Below, piece by piece: positions 18,662 through 29,519 of a stretch of DNA of 64,000 bases. The stretch's first letter is position 1; the number at the start of each line of letters is the position of its first letter. The DNA is from an uncultured Chthoniobacterales bacterium (lineage in GTDB: Bacteria > Verrucomicrobiota > Verrucomicrobiia > Chthoniobacterales > JAATET01): the NCBI GenBank assembly GCA_964247025.1, contig CAXTSM010000004.1, positions 3,042 to 67,041 of the forward strand, written 5' to 3'. The position numbers and the translations under genes were made by a program. Under the pieces are notes generated by a model, which saw only the letters and a program-made list of their open reading frames with translations, made no database searches and had not been told where the DNA came from.

Positions 18662-18756
18662 GTGGATTCAGCATTGCGCCAGCGTCCTTTCTGCGGAAAT
18701 CTCTCGTCTCGATCGTGAATCCCGCCGCCGACCTTAAGTCAACCCCGACGTCTCGA

Positions 18757-19467
18757 ATGGAGCGGAATCACCGCCTGCTCTGGATTGTCGCGGGTCTTGT
18801 GCTGGCCTGGTTTGTCGCCGCCGAGATCGCGAATTTCGCGTGGTATGCGTCGCACGAATCAGGCTTGGCCAAAAATCGCCTTCCGTCCACGGGCGAGCAG
18901 ATTTTCGAGAAGCTGAAAAAATTCGTGGCGGCCACCGGCGGTCAATCCAAGGAACAGGGGATCGGCGACGCGGCGATGGAAATGCTGAAGTGCTCCTATG
19001 GGCGCACCTTGATCTGGATGGAAAGTGCGAACGATCCGGTGGGCGTCACGACGATTCGTTGGAACGATCGCTCGATCGTGGGCGGTTTGGAGAGCATGCA
19101 CAACCCGGGAAATTGCCTGCGAGCCGCCGGATGGACGATCGGTAAAAAGACGGAATTCGGGACCGAGGATTTTTGCGGGGCCAACTGCGAGGTGACTCAG
19201 TGGGAAGTGTCCCAGGGAGGGCATCAGATGCTGGCCTACAGCGCGGTCTTTCGACGGTTCACCGGCGCGGCGCCGAAACCGGAAAAGTCGTTCTGGAACA
19301 ACAAGCGGCTTCAACCCGTTTTTTCCGGCCGGCGCGACGCTCCCGTCCTCATTCTGCTTGGTTATCTGCCGGTCGAATCCGGCAGCATCGACTCCGGGCA
19401 CGTGAGATTCCAGCAGATCATGCACGCGGTTTTTTGCCCGCCCGGCGTGGCTTCGAAAACACCTTAG
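18757..19467 (+). CDS. exosortase-associated EpsI-like periplasmic protein
   Basis: N-terminal TM then [12 protein letters not shown] (H.P..C...GW motif of EpsI-like domains). Confidence 0.65.
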   Translation: MERNHRLLWIVAGLVLAWFVAAEIANFAWYASHESGLAKNRLPSTGEQIFEKLKKFVAATGGQSKEQGIGDAAMEMLKCSYGRTLIWMESANDPVGVTTIRWNDRSIVGGLESMHNPGNCLRAAGWTIGKKTEFGTEDFCGANCEVTQWEVSQGGHQMLAYSAVFRRFTGAAPKPEKSFWNNKRLQPVFSGRRDAPVLILLGYLPVESGSIDSGHVRFQQIMHAVFCPPGVASKTP

Positions 19468-19516
19468 CGATCGACGGGGCGAGCCTTTCGCCCTGATCGT
19501 TTTGCCCGACTTATTT

Positions 19517-20575
19517 ATGAAAACTGCATTGATCACCGGGATCACCGGCCAGGATGGGTCCTACCTCACGGAACAGCTCCTGGATAAAGGTTACACGGTC
19601 CACGGGATGATCCGGCGGTCGAGCAGCTTCAACACCGGTCGCATCGATCATCTTTACCAGGATCCCGAGGTGCAGGATCGCCGTCTGTTTTTGCACTACG
19701 GCGACCTGACGGACTCGAGCAACCTGAATCGGTTGCTGGAAAAGATCGGTCCCGATGAGATCTACAATCTCGGGGCGCAGAGCCACGTGAAGGTTTCTTT
19801 CGACGTGCCGGAATATACCGGCGAGGTCGACGCGATGGGCACGCTGCGATTCCTCGACGCCATCAAGGAGGTGGGCCTCAAGGACAAGACGCGCTTTTAT
19901 CAGGCTTCCACGAGTGAACTTTACGGGAAGGTGCAGGAGGTGCCGCAGACCGAGAAGACGCCGTTCTATCCCCGCTCGCCCTACGCGGTGGCCAAGCTTT
20001 ACGGCTTCTGGATCATCGTGAACTACCGCGAGGCCTACGGCATCCATGCGTCGAACGGCATCCTCTTCAATCACGAGTCGCCGCGCCGGGGCGAAACTTT
20101 CGTCACCCGCAAGATCACCCGGGCGGTCGGGCGCATCCGCGAGGGTCTCGAGGAGATTCTCGTGATGGGGAACATCGATTCCAAACGCGATTGGGGTTAC
20201 GCCCCGGAATACACCGACGCGATGTGGCGCATCCTTCAGCAGGAAGAACCGGACGACTACGTATGCGCGACGAACGAGACGCATACGGTGAGGGAATTCA
20301 TCGATCTCGCGTTCAAGCAGCTCGACATGGAGCTGGAGTTTCGAGGCGAGGGAGTGGACGAAGTCGGCATCGAGAGATCCACCGGCCGGGTGCGGGTGAA
20401 GATCGACCCGCGGTATTTTCGGCCGACGGAGGTCGAGCTGCTCATCGGAGACTACGAGAAGTCGAAAATTGCGTTCGGATGGGAGCCCACGACGCGCTTC
20501 GCCGAGCTGGTGAAGATCATGACCGACGCGGATTGGAAGCTGGCCCGGAAGGAAAAGCGCGACGCGCAGTCGTAG
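19517..20575 (+). CDS. gmd: GDP-mannose 4,6-dehydratase
   Basis: [40 protein letters not shown]. Confidence 0.97.
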   Translation: MKTALITGITGQDGSYLTEQLLDKGYTVHGMIRRSSSFNTGRIDHLYQDPEVQDRRLFLHYGDLTDSSNLNRLLEKIGPDEIYNLGAQSHVKVSFDVPEYTGEVDAMGTLRFLDAIKEVGLKDKTRFYQASTSELYGKVQEVPQTEKTPFYPRSPYAVAKLYGFWIIVNYREAYGIHASNGILFNHESPRRGETFVTRKITRAVGRIREGLEEILVMGNIDSKRDWGYAPEYTDAMWRILQQEEPDDYVCATNETHTVREFIDLAFKQLDMELEFRGEGVDEVGIERSTGRVRVKIDPRYFRPTEVELLIGDYEKSKIAFGWEPTTRFAELVKIMTDADWKLARKEKRDAQS

Positions 20576-20640
20576 AGCCTGTTTTCAAGTTTCGCGTCGC
20601 GAATTTCTCTCGTTCTGGTAACCACGATCCAACACCAACC

Positions 20641-21576
20641 ATGAGAATTCTTATCACCGGCGGAGCCGGATTTCTTGGATCGCATTTGTGCGACCGTCTG
20701 ATCGAAGCCGGGCATGACATTCTGTGCCTGGATAACCTGTTCACCGGCCGGAAGGAAAACATCGCCCACCTGCTGGGCCATCCGCGATTCGAACTCATCC
20801 GGCACGACGTGACCGATCCATTCAAGTTCGAGGTCGACCAGATCTACAATCTCGCCTGCCCCGCTTCTCCGCCGCACTACCAATACAACCCCATCAAGAC
20901 CACCAAGACCTCCGTGATGGGAGCGATCAACTGCCTGGGACTCGCGAAGCGCGTGAAGGCGCGGGTGTTCCAGGCTTCCACCTCGGAGGTTTATGGCGAC
21001 CCGACCGTTCATCCGCAGCCCGAGGGATATTGGGGCAACGTGAACCCCATCGGCCGGCGTTCCTGCTACGACGAAGGCAAACGGTGCGCGGAAACGCTAT
21101 TTTTCGATTACCACCGCGAAAACAAGGTCGATATCCGCGTCGTCCGCATCTTCAATACCTACGGCCCTCGCATGCATCCGAACGATGGCCGCGTGGTCTC
21201 GAATTTCATCGTGCAGGCCTTGAAGGGCGAAGACCTCACGATCTACGGCGACGGATCGCAGACCCGCTCGTTTTGCTACGTCGACGATTTGATCGAGGGT
21301 TTTATCCGTCTCATGGCGCAGACCGAGACGGTGGGCCCGGTAAACATCGGCAACCCCGGGGAATTTACGATGCTCGAGCTGGCCGAGCTGGTCCTCGAGC
21401 AGATCGGCGGCTCCTCGAAGATCACGCACCATCCGCTTCCCGCGGACGATCCCCGTCAACGGCGCCCCGACATCTCGCTTGCGAACAAACACCTCGGCTG
21501 GGAGCCGAAGGTGCCGCTCGAGGAAGGCATTGCGCGCACGATCGCGTATTTCCGCGGCGAGATCGCCTCCGCTTAG
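20641..21576 (+). CDS. UDP-glucuronate decarboxylase (UDP-xylose synthase)
   Basis: [45 protein letters not shown]. Confidence 0.92.
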   Translation: MRILITGGAGFLGSHLCDRLIEAGHDILCLDNLFTGRKENIAHLLGHPRFELIRHDVTDPFKFEVDQIYNLACPASPPHYQYNPIKTTKTSVMGAINCLGLAKRVKARVFQASTSEVYGDPTVHPQPEGYWGNVNPIGRRSCYDEGKRCAETLFFDYHRENKVDIRVVRIFNTYGPRMHPNDGRVVSNFIVQALKGEDLTIYGDGSQTRSFCYVDDLIEGFIRLMAQTETVGPVNIGNPGEFTMLELAELVLEQIGGSSKITHHPLPADDPRQRRPDISLANKHLGWEPKVPLEEGIARTIAYFRGEIASA

Positions 21577-21660
21577 ATCGGACTTGGCTCGGAGAGAGCG
21601 ACCGCGGCGCCGGGCTTGGAGCGCGCGCCCGGATCGAAAAGGGCATTCCGATCACTTTTT

Positions 21661-22443
21661 ATGAAGGTCATCATCCTATGCGGAGGGAAAGGCACGCGCT
21701 TGCGTGAAGAAACGGAATTCAGGCCCAAGCCCATGGTGCCGATCGGCAATCGCCCGATCCTTTGGCACATCATGAAAACCTACGCGCACCACGGGCACAA
21801 GGAGTTCATTCTCTGCCTTGGCTACAAAGGCGAGATGATCAAGGACTACTTCCGAAACTATCTCTGGAATACGTGCGACACGACCATGTTGCTCGGACGC
21901 ACCCCGGCGGTGCAATTTCACAACCGTCACGACGAGGAGGACTGGAGCGTCACCCTCGCGGATACCGGGGAGGATTCCATGACCGCCTACCGCATCCGCC
22001 AGGTCGAAAAATATCTCGGGCGGGACGAGGAATTTCTTCTGACTTACGGGGACGGGGTTGGCAGCGTCGACATTCCGGCCAGCATCGAGCACCACCGGAA
22101 GACCGGGAAAACCTGCACGCTCACGGCGGTTCATCCGCCGGGGCGCTTTGGCGAATTAGGCATCGACTCGGATACGACGATCCACGGATTCAACGAAAAA
22201 CCCCAGACCGAGAGCGGCTACATCAACGGAGGCTACATGGTCTGCCGCCGCGCTCTGTTCAACTATCTGCCTGACGATCCGCGCATGATGCTCGAGCAGG
22301 AGCCGATGAAGAGGCTCACCGAAGCCGGCGAATTGGCCGCTTTCAAGCACGACGAGTTCTGGCAGCCGATGGACACGTTTCAGGAATTCACGATGCTGAA
22401 CAAACTATGGGAAGCCGGGGAGGCGCCGTGGAAAGTATGGTAG
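21661..22443 (+). CDS. rfbF: glucose-1-phosphate cytidylyltransferase
   Basis: GGKGTRL, PKPMV, TYGDG, INGGY, FWQPMDT, APWKVW. Confidence 0.93.
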   Translation: MKVIILCGGKGTRLREETEFRPKPMVPIGNRPILWHIMKTYAHHGHKEFILCLGYKGEMIKDYFRNYLWNTCDTTMLLGRTPAVQFHNRHDEEDWSVTLADTGEDSMTAYRIRQVEKYLGRDEEFLLTYGDGVGSVDIPASIEHHRKTGKTCTLTAVHPPGRFGELGIDSDTTIHGFNEKPQTESGYINGGYMVCRRALFNYLPDDPRMMLEQEPMKRLTEAGELAAFKHDEFWQPMDTFQEFTMLNKLWEAGEAPWKVW

Positions 22444-23600
22444 CCGCGCCCCGTTCGCTCCGGAATTCCTTCGGGGGCGTCTACGCGGGAAAGCGCGTCC
22501 TGATCACCGGTCACACCGGCTTCAAGGGCTCCTGGCTTTCCGAGTGGCTGCTGGCCCTGGGCGCGGAGGTGACCGGGCTGGCGCTCGAGCCGGCCACGAC
22601 CCCGGCATTGTTCGACCAACTTGGGTTGTCCGACCGCATGCGGCACGTCGCGGGAGACGTGCGCGAGGAGAAAACCGTCCGCCATGTGCTCGGGGAAACC
22701 GCGCCGGATTTTGTGTTCCATCTCGCGGCTCAGCCGCTCGTGCGCCTCTCCTACGACATTCCGGTCGAGACCTACGCGACGAACGTCATGGGAACCGTCC
22801 ATGTGATGGACGCGCTTCGGCACTTTGCGTCGAGATCGCCGGCTCCCGTGATCGCGGTGATGATCACCACCGACAAATGTTACGAGAACCGGGAGTGGGT
22901 TCACAGCTATCGGGAGGAGGATCCCATGGGTGGTCACGACCCCTACAGCTCGAGCAAGGGAGCCGCCGAGATCGCCATCGCCGCTTATCGACGTTCTTAT
23001 TTTTCCGCGGCGGATACCCGGGTGCATCTGGCTTCGGTCCGCGCGGGCAACGTGATCGGGGGCGGCGACTGGGCGCTGGATCGCATCGTTCCCGACTGCA
23101 TCAAGGCGCTCGAGGCGAAGCAACCCATCCCCGTTCGCAATAAGATCGCCACGCGGCCCTGGCAGCACGTGCTCGAGCCGCTCAGCGGCTATCTGACCGT
23201 GGCGGCCGCTCTCGCCGGGGCGGAGGACGTTCCCTTTCCTCTTCCCGCTTATTGTTCCGCCTTCAACTTCGGCCCCAATCTTTCTTCCAATCGCACGGTG
23301 CGTGATCTCGTGCGAGAGATCCTTCGGCACTGGCCCGGCGAGTGGAGCGACCAAAGCGATCCGCACGCCCTCCACGAAGCGAAGTTGCTCAATCTCGCCA
23401 CGGACAAAGCCTTCCACTATCTTGGCTGGAAGCCGGCGTGGACGTTCGAGGAGACAATCGGCGAGACCGTCGCGTGGTATCGAGCGTCCCTTCAGTGCCG
23501 CCAGCCGGTCGATTTCCAGACGCTCACGCTTCGTCAGATCGCCGAATATACCGCCCGCGCCCGGGAGCTCCGGATCGCCTGGGCCGGTTCTTCGGTTTAG
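22437..23600 (+). CDS. rfbG: CDP-glucose 4,6-dehydratase
   Basis: TGHTGFKGSW, AAQPLV, TTDKCY, YSSSK, RAGNVIGGGDW, RPWQHV. Confidence 0.94.
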   Translation: MVAAPRSLRNSFGGVYAGKRVLITGHTGFKGSWLSEWLLALGAEVTGLALEPATTPALFDQLGLSDRMRHVAGDVREEKTVRHVLGETAPDFVFHLAAQPLVRLSYDIPVETYATNVMGTVHVMDALRHFASRSPAPVIAVMITTDKCYENREWVHSYREEDPMGGHDPYSSSKGAAEIAIAAYRRSYFSAADTRVHLASVRAGNVIGGGDWALDRIVPDCIKALEAKQPIPVRNKIATRPWQHVLEPLSGYLTVAAALAGAEDVPFPLPAYCSAFNFGPNLSSNRTVRDLVREILRHWPGEWSDQSDPHALHEAKLLNLATDKAFHYLGWKPAWTFEETIGETVAWYRASLQCRQPVDFQTLTLRQIAEYTARARELRIAWAGSSV

Positions 23601-23627
23601 CCCCCCGTTTCCCTCGGTTCCCAAATC

Positions 23628-25145
23628 ATGATCGCATCCGAAATCAAATCCGAAATTCTCCGCCTCACCCGCGAATATTCCGCCGCGATGCACGCGGCCA
23701 ATCGTCCCGGCAATGATCCCGACCGCGCTTCGTTCGTCCCGGGCGAGTCGCTCGTGCCTTACGCTGGCCGGGTCTTCACCCCCGACGAGGTCGAGGCGGC
23801 GGTCGGCTCCACCCTCGATTTCTGGCTGACGCTCGGGCCCGAGGGGGAAGCCTTCGAAAAGGAACTCGCCGAGTTGCTGGGGGTCAAATATTCGCTTCTC
23901 GTCAACTCCGGATCGTCCGCCAACCTCGTCGCGCTCTCCGCGCTGACCACGCACAAGCTGCCCGGGCACAAGCGGATCCAGCCCGGCGACGAGGTCATCA
24001 CCGTCGCGGCCGGATTCCCGACCACGGTGGCCCCCATCATCCAACAAGGCGCCATCCCCGTTTTCCTCGACAACGATCCCGCCACCGGCAATGCCCGGCT
24101 CGACCAGCTCGAGGCGGTCTTCGTGCCGGGCAAGACCAAGGCCGTGATGATGGCCCATACGCTGGGGAATCCCTTCGATCTCGGCGCGGTTCTCGCCTTT
24201 TGCCAGAAGCACGATCTCTGGCTGATCGAGGACAATTGCGACGCGCTTGGCTGCACCTACGCCATGCCCGTCGAGCAGGCGAGATTCCTCGGGCTCGACC
24301 ACCTTTTCAAGATCGCCGAAGCCGGCGGCCACGCGTTCATCCGGATCGAAGACGGTCTTCTCGTCGCGCCCACCGGCACGTGGGGCGACATCAGCACGCA
24401 ATCCTTCTACCCGCCGCACCATCTCACGATGGGCGAGGGCGGCGCCGTCAGCATCATCCGGCGGCCGCCGCTCAAGACCTACGCCGAGAGCTTCCGCGAT
24501 TGGGGCCGCGATTGCTGGTGCCCGAGCGGCAAGGACAACACCTGCAACAAGCGCTTCGGCTGGCAGCTCGGCGAGCTTCCCCAGGGCTACGACCACAAAT
24601 ACATCTACAGCCATCTCGGCTACAACTTGAAGCCACTGGATCCCCAGGCCGCCATCGGCCGGCAGCAGCTGAAGAAACTTCCCGCCTTCATCGAGGCGCG
24701 CAAGCAGAATTGGGAGACGCTTCGTCGCGGCCTCGCCGATCTCGAGGATGTCTTCGAGTTCAGCCTGCCGACGCACGCCACGGGTTGGAGCGCCGACGGC
24801 GGCTTCGCCTGGGACGACACGGGATGCCGCACCGATTGCTCGTGGTTCGGCTTCATGCTGCGGGTTCGACCGGGCGCGCCTTTCTCCCACACCGATCTCG
24901 GCCGCCATCTCGACGAAAAAAAGATCGGCAACCGCATGCTCTTCGGAGGCAATCTCCTCAAGCAGCCGGTCTTCGTGCAGCTCAAGAAAGACCGCCCGGA
25001 CGCGATCCGCACGCCGCTGGGCGAATATCCCGGCGCCGACGAGATCATGAACAGCGCGCTGTTTCTAGGCACCTATCCCGGCCTCACGCCGGCGATGCTG
25101 GCCTACGAGATCGAGATGATCCACGCGTTCGTAGAGAGTTTCTGA
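23628..25145 (+). CDS. rfbH: CDP-4-keto-6-deoxyglucose 3-dehydrase (E1)
   Basis: NSGSSANL, EDNCDA, PPHHLTMGEGG (His at the aminotransferase Lys position), CWC..GKDNTC Fe-S motif, YDHKY. Confidence 0.92.
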   Translation: MIASEIKSEILRLTREYSAAMHAANRPGNDPDRASFVPGESLVPYAGRVFTPDEVEAAVGSTLDFWLTLGPEGEAFEKELAELLGVKYSLLVNSGSSANLVALSALTTHKLPGHKRIQPGDEVITVAAGFPTTVAPIIQQGAIPVFLDNDPATGNARLDQLEAVFVPGKTKAVMMAHTLGNPFDLGAVLAFCQKHDLWLIEDNCDALGCTYAMPVEQARFLGLDHLFKIAEAGGHAFIRIEDGLLVAPTGTWGDISTQSFYPPHHLTMGEGGAVSIIRRPPLKTYAESFRDWGRDCWCPSGKDNTCNKRFGWQLGELPQGYDHKYIYSHLGYNLKPLDPQAAIGRQQLKKLPAFIEARKQNWETLRRGLADLEDVFEFSLPTHATGWSADGGFAWDDTGCRTDCSWFGFMLRVRPGAPFSHTDLGRHLDEKKIGNRMLFGGNLLKQPVFVQLKKDRPDAIRTPLGEYPGADEIMNSALFLGTYPGLTPAMLAYEIEMIHAFVESF

Positions 25146-25160
25146 GCCCCCGGAAACGCG

Positions 25161-27434
25161 ATGATGGTCGTGCTTCTTCGCGCTTTGGCGATCACCGGGG
25201 CCTTATTGCTGGCAATAGACGCGCGAGCGGGTGCGCCCGTTTTCTTCCAGGCGCTGGATCCGGTTCGCCCCGATGAAACATTCCTGCTTTTCGGAGCGGA
25301 CGTGACGCCGGGCGCGAGCGCGGAAGGTCTTCGCCTGGAAGACACCGAGGTCGTGGGCCCGCCCGCGCGAGTCGCCGACGAACCCTCCGGCGTCCCCGGC
25401 CCGATGACGGTGCTGCAAGCGACCGACCTCAGCGCAAAGATCCTCATTCCGAAATCCTGGGCGCCCGGCGCGTATGCCGTGCGCGTGCGCACCGAAGCCG
25501 GTGTTTCGGCTTGGCGGTTTGCCAACCGCCCGGCCCTCTGGTGGCAGCTGTCCGGCGTCGGCGGCCAGGCGTGCGCCGGGGACGAGCTCCGGGTCTTCGG
25601 TAAAAATCTAGGGTCCCAGGCCAGGCTTTGGCTCGTCCGCTCGGCGGAAGTCCGTGAATTGAGACTGACCATCGCGCGCGACTACGACATCGCGGCCACC
25701 GTTCCGGACGACATCCTTCCCGGCCGATACCAGACCTGGGTTCATAACGGCCATGGCGGGACGGCGGGCTTCGGCGCTCCGCTCGAGCTCGAGATCACGA
25801 GGAGGGAGCGGTGGCCGGCGACCGTTTACGACGCCGGCAGATTGGGAGCGAAGGGGGACGGTGTCACCGATGACACCGAGGCCATTCGACGGGCCTTGCG
25901 CCAGGCGGGCAAAAACGGCGGCGGAGTCGTCTTCCTGCCGCGAGGCACGTATATCGTGACGGGAAAATTGCAAATGCCTCCCCGGACCACGCTGAGGGGA
26001 GAGGGGAGGGACATCGTCTGGCTGAAGGTTCCGATCGAGACCAAGCCGTTCGACTCGGTGATCGCGGGCGAAGGCCGCTTCGCCGTCGAAAATCTTTCCA
26101 TTATCGCCCGGCCGGTCGAGCGGCTGATCGCGAGTCCGGACCGGACTCCCACCTATTCGCCCGGCCCGGCAAATTGGAACGTGATGGACGGGGGGGCGGG
26201 GGAGGTGACGCTCGAGCACCTGCGCCTGCAGCATCTGACTTTCGCCCTGCGGGTGAGAGACCAGGATCCCCGCCGCGCCCTTTCCGCTGGTTCTTCCACC
26301 GTCGCGTTGAAAGGGCCGGATTGCACCGTTCGAGATTGCGTGATCGTGAGCCCGGGAGCTCCGATCCAGATCTCCTCCGCCCGGCGCGCCCAGGTCGTTC
26401 GAAATTCCTTGGGCGTCGGTCGAAATGGTGCCGTTTTGCTCACCGACTTCGAAGACGGCCTCTTCGAGGAAAACGACGTGGAAGCGCGGGACCTGGAGGG
26501 CAGTTACGGCGGGGTCCAGCGGTCGGCCTATCATGTTATGTTTCGCGCCAATGACTGGCACGACGGCTATGGCCAGGAGCGGGAGGCTCTCGTCTTCGAC
26601 ACCCCCTACGAAGCGGCCTGGTCGGGTCGGGTTCGTTTTTCCGGCGGCGATCGATGGGCGGTGGCCGAGGCCCGTTCCGGCAAATGGCCGCCCCTCGCGT
26701 ATTACTCCGGGCATTTGGCCGCGGTGGTGCTGGGCGGCCGCGGGGTGGGGCAATTTTCGCCGATCACCAAGATCGACGGAGACGGCTTCATCCTTTCCCA
26801 ACCCTTCGTGGTTCCGCTCGCCGAGGACAGCCTTGTCGCGGTGGTCGCCTGCAAGTCGGAGGTCCTTATCGTGGAGAACCGCATGAGCGACGCGAGCAAC
26901 GCCATGCTTCTTTACTCTCAATCCCACGCTTTCGTGATGGCCGGAAACCGCTGCGAGCGAACCGGGGGGAGCTATGCGTTTTCTTCCGATTTTCAACTGG
27001 GCGACGCCACCTGGCGGCTGTCCTACGCCTTTTTCAATCAATGGATCGACAATTCGTTTCGCGAGGGACTCACTTATTATCAATATCCCTTCGCCTCGGC
27101 GTTCGTCGGCTTCACCGCCATCCGTTCGGACGTGGACGGCTCGACCATCCCCGCGATCGGAAATCGTTTCGTCGGCAATGCGCTGAGCGGCAATACCTCG
27201 ATGGGCGTGCGCGGCAACGCCCAATTCGCGCCCGCGAAAGTGTTTCCGCCCCAAGGTCTCCCGTTCTCGTGCGATGGAATGTTCGAGCGCAACACCATCT
27301 CTTTTACCCGGGAGGGAATCGGACTCGACGCGGGCCAGACGCGGACTCTTTTGCGGAACAACATCTTTTCCCACGTCCTGCGCCCGGTCCGGGATGAGGC
27401 CTCGGACACGCTCATTCTTTCTCGTGACGAATAA
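25161..27434 (+). CDS. secreted right-handed beta-helix protein (pectate lyase 3-like)
   Basis: signal peptide; GAKGDGVTDDTEAI..AL...GGGVVFLPRGTY; repeated Asn-ladder strands. Confidence 0.75.
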   Translation: MMVVLLRALAITGALLLAIDARAGAPVFFQALDPVRPDETFLLFGADVTPGASAEGLRLEDTEVVGPPARVADEPSGVPGPMTVLQATDLSAKILIPKSWAPGAYAVRVRTEAGVSAWRFANRPALWWQLSGVGGQACAGDELRVFGKNLGSQARLWLVRSAEVRELRLTIARDYDIAATVPDDILPGRYQTWVHNGHGGTAGFGAPLELEITRRERWPATVYDAGRLGAKGDGVTDDTEAIRRALRQAGKNGGGVVFLPRGTYIVTGKLQMPPRTTLRGEGRDIVWLKVPIETKPFDSVIAGEGRFAVENLSIIARPVERLIASPDRTPTYSPGPANWNVMDGGAGEVTLEHLRLQHLTFALRVRDQDPRRALSAGSSTVALKGPDCTVRDCVIVSPGAPIQISSARRAQVVRNSLGVGRNGAVLLTDFEDGLFEENDVEARDLEGSYGGVQRSAYHVMFRANDWHDGYGQEREALVFDTPYEAAWSGRVRFSGGDRWAVAEARSGKWPPLAYYSGHLAAVVLGGRGVGQFSPITKIDGDGFILSQPFVVPLAEDSLVAVVACKSEVLIVENRMSDASNAMLLYSQSHAFVMAGNRCERTGGSYAFSSDFQLGDATWRLSYAFFNQWIDNSFREGLTYYQYPFASAFVGFTAIRSDVDGSTIPAIGNRFVGNALSGNTSMGVRGNAQFAPAKVFPPQGLPFSCDGMFERNTISFTREGIGLDAGQTRTLLRNNIFSHVLRPVRDEASDTLILSRDE

Positions 27435-28440
27435 TCCCGATCCCATTCGCATTGGCGTCATCGGCGCCGGCGGCATCACGGTGGCGGCGCATCTTCCGGC
27501 CATCGTCTGCCAGCCAGCCGCGCGTCTGGCGTGGATCTCCGATCGGTCCGCGGACCGGGCCCGCCTGGTGGGTCGGGCCTATGGCGTGCCCGGCTACGAC
27601 GAGGGCATCCTGCAACGGGAACCCGATTGCGACGTCATCCTCCTTGCCGCCCCCTACGGCGTCCGGGAGCCTTATTATGCGCGGTTCGGAAGCCATGGCG
27701 TCGGCTGGTACGTCGAAAAACCGTTCGCGCGGACCGAGGAGGAGCACCGGATCCGCTGCGAGACGCTTGGAAATCGGCGGGTGGCTTGCGGATTTCAACG
27801 CCGGGCGTGCGGGCTGGTGCGAGTGGCCCGGGAGGCGGTAAGCGAGCGCCTGTTCGGCAAACTGCGTCGGGTGGAAATGGGTTTCGGCCGGCGCGGAAGA
27901 ATTCTCGGCGGCGGCACCTACGCGACCGACCCCAAGCAGGCGGGCGGCGGCATCCTCGCGGAGGTCGGCATCCACAACGTCGACGCCATCTTCCACCTGA
28001 CCGGCGCGAGGGATTTCTCGATCCTCGACGCGCGCACCGTGGTGGATCACGGCATGGACATCCACACCGAGGCGTCGATTTCCCTCGCCCTCGCGGACGG
28101 CGATCCGGTGGAGTTTTCCTTCGTCGTGAGTTCGCTCGTCGACACCCGGGAAATGATCGACCTGCATTTCGAGCATGCCAGTCTCGCCTTCTCGATTTTT
28201 GGCGAACCGGTCATCCGGGTGACCGGAGCCCGGGGGAAGTCGGGCTTCGTCCTGTCCGATCCGCGCGGACTTTATCCTTCGACGAGCGACCAGATCTTCC
28301 ATTCCTTCTGGGAAGCCTTTCTGACGGGCTTCCGAACGGGCGCTCCTTCGATGGCCCTGGCCGAGGGTTCCCTTCTCACCACCCGGCTCGTGGAGCAGAT
28401 CTACGCCCGATCCGCCCACCCCGAGGGAAGCCCTCCATGA
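27424..28440 (+). CDS. Gfo/Idh/MocA family oxidoreductase
   Basis: IGVIGAGGI, EKP, GGGIL.EVGIH..D; start GTG 27424. Confidence 0.8.
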   Translation: MTNNPDPIRIGVIGAGGITVAAHLPAIVCQPAARLAWISDRSADRARLVGRAYGVPGYDEGILQREPDCDVILLAAPYGVREPYYARFGSHGVGWYVEKPFARTEEEHRIRCETLGNRRVACGFQRRACGLVRVAREAVSERLFGKLRRVEMGFGRRGRILGGGTYATDPKQAGGGILAEVGIHNVDAIFHLTGARDFSILDARTVVDHGMDIHTEASISLALADGDPVEFSFVVSSLVDTREMIDLHFEHASLAFSIFGEPVIRVTGARGKSGFVLSDPRGLYPSTSDQIFHSFWEAFLTGFRTGAPSMALAEGSLLTTRLVEQIYARSAHPEGSPP

Positions 28441-29519
28441 GCAACACCCGCATCGCGATCATCGGAGCGAACGGCCAGGTGGGCTCCGAAACCAGCCTCT
28501 TCCTTCGCCTTCTGCCCGGCGTCGAAGTCGTTCCCATCAGCCGCTCGGTCCATGGCTCCAGCCTGCTGCGCCGCTGCGGGTTCGAATGCCGGCACGGCTC
28601 GTTCGACTCGCCGGAGGCGGCCCGCGAGCTCGTCGGCGATTGCGACATGGTGCTCGACTTCGCCCTGCCCTCCGGATCGATGCCGCAGATGCGGCTGGCC
28701 ATCGATCGGATCATCGAGTCCGCGATGAGCGGGAGCGAGCGGCTGCGGCAATACATTTACATGAGCACGATGTCGGTCTATCGACTCGATCCCTCCCAGC
28801 CTTTCTATCGCCGCTATGGCGCGATCAAACGTTACGCCGAAAAATCTGCGGTCCGCCTGGGCGCGCGGTTCGGCAAGGAAGCGCATGTCCTTCGGCTGGC
28901 GCAGGTTCATGGCGAGATGCAGGCCATCACGCGGAAAATCCGCGCGGAGATCCGGCCCGGTGAAATCAGCGTGCCGGATGCGCCCTCGAACACCGTTTTT
29001 GTGTTCACGATCGCCGAGGCGGTCGACTTGATCCGGCAGGGCCGCGTCCCCCCGGCCACGCACACCCTCGTCTCGAATCCCGCGTGGTCCTGGGCGGACA
29101 TCCACCGCCACTATGCCGCGGAAGCGGGCCTGGAAACGACCATCCGGCTGCACCCCGCCCCGCAGCGCGCTTTGGAGTTCCGGTTCCTGCGCAATCTGGG
29201 CGCTTCGCTCAAGCGAGAGATCGCCGCCCAAGCCTACGCCAACCGGGATTTGATCGACGATCTCCTGGTCCGCATCTCGCCGGAACGCTCCTTCAAGCTG
29301 CGCGCGGACAACGCGCGCCGTCGCACCGGCCGCGAGATCACGCAAGATCCCGCCCGTCAGATCTCGAAGCCGTACTACGATGAGTTCGTGGCACCGGGAC
29401 CTCGCCTCGAGGGACTGAGCGACTCCCGTGTGACGATGGCAAAACCCACCGCGAAGGTTCTGGCGGTTTTGGAAGACCTCATGAATTCAAAAAAATTCGA
29501 TGCGCGAACACCGTGCTGA
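28437..29519 (+). CDS. NAD-dependent epimerase/dehydratase
   Basis: IIGANGQVG, ST.SVY, YGAIK (YxxxK). Confidence 0.75.
   Translation: MSNTRIAIIGANGQVGSETSLFLRLLPGVEVVPISRSVHGSSLLRRCGFECRHGSFDSPEAARELVGDCDMVLDFALPSGSMPQMRLAIDRIIESAMSGSERLRQYIYMSTMSVYRLDPSQPFYRRYGAIKRYAEKSAVRLGARFGKEAHVLRLAQVHGEMQAITRKIRAEIRPGEISVPDAPSNTVFVFTIAEAVDLIRQGRVPPATHTLVSNPAWSWADIHRHYAAEAGLETTIRLHPAPQRALEFRFLRNLGASLKREIAAQAYANRDLIDDLLVRISPERSFKLRADNARRRTGREITQDPARQISKPYYDEFVAPGPRLEGLSDSRVTMAKPTAKVLAVLEDLMNSKKFDARTPC

Noticed and set aside
22380..24908. 842 aa minus-strand ORF
   Set aside because: Antisense shadow of rfbG/rfbH
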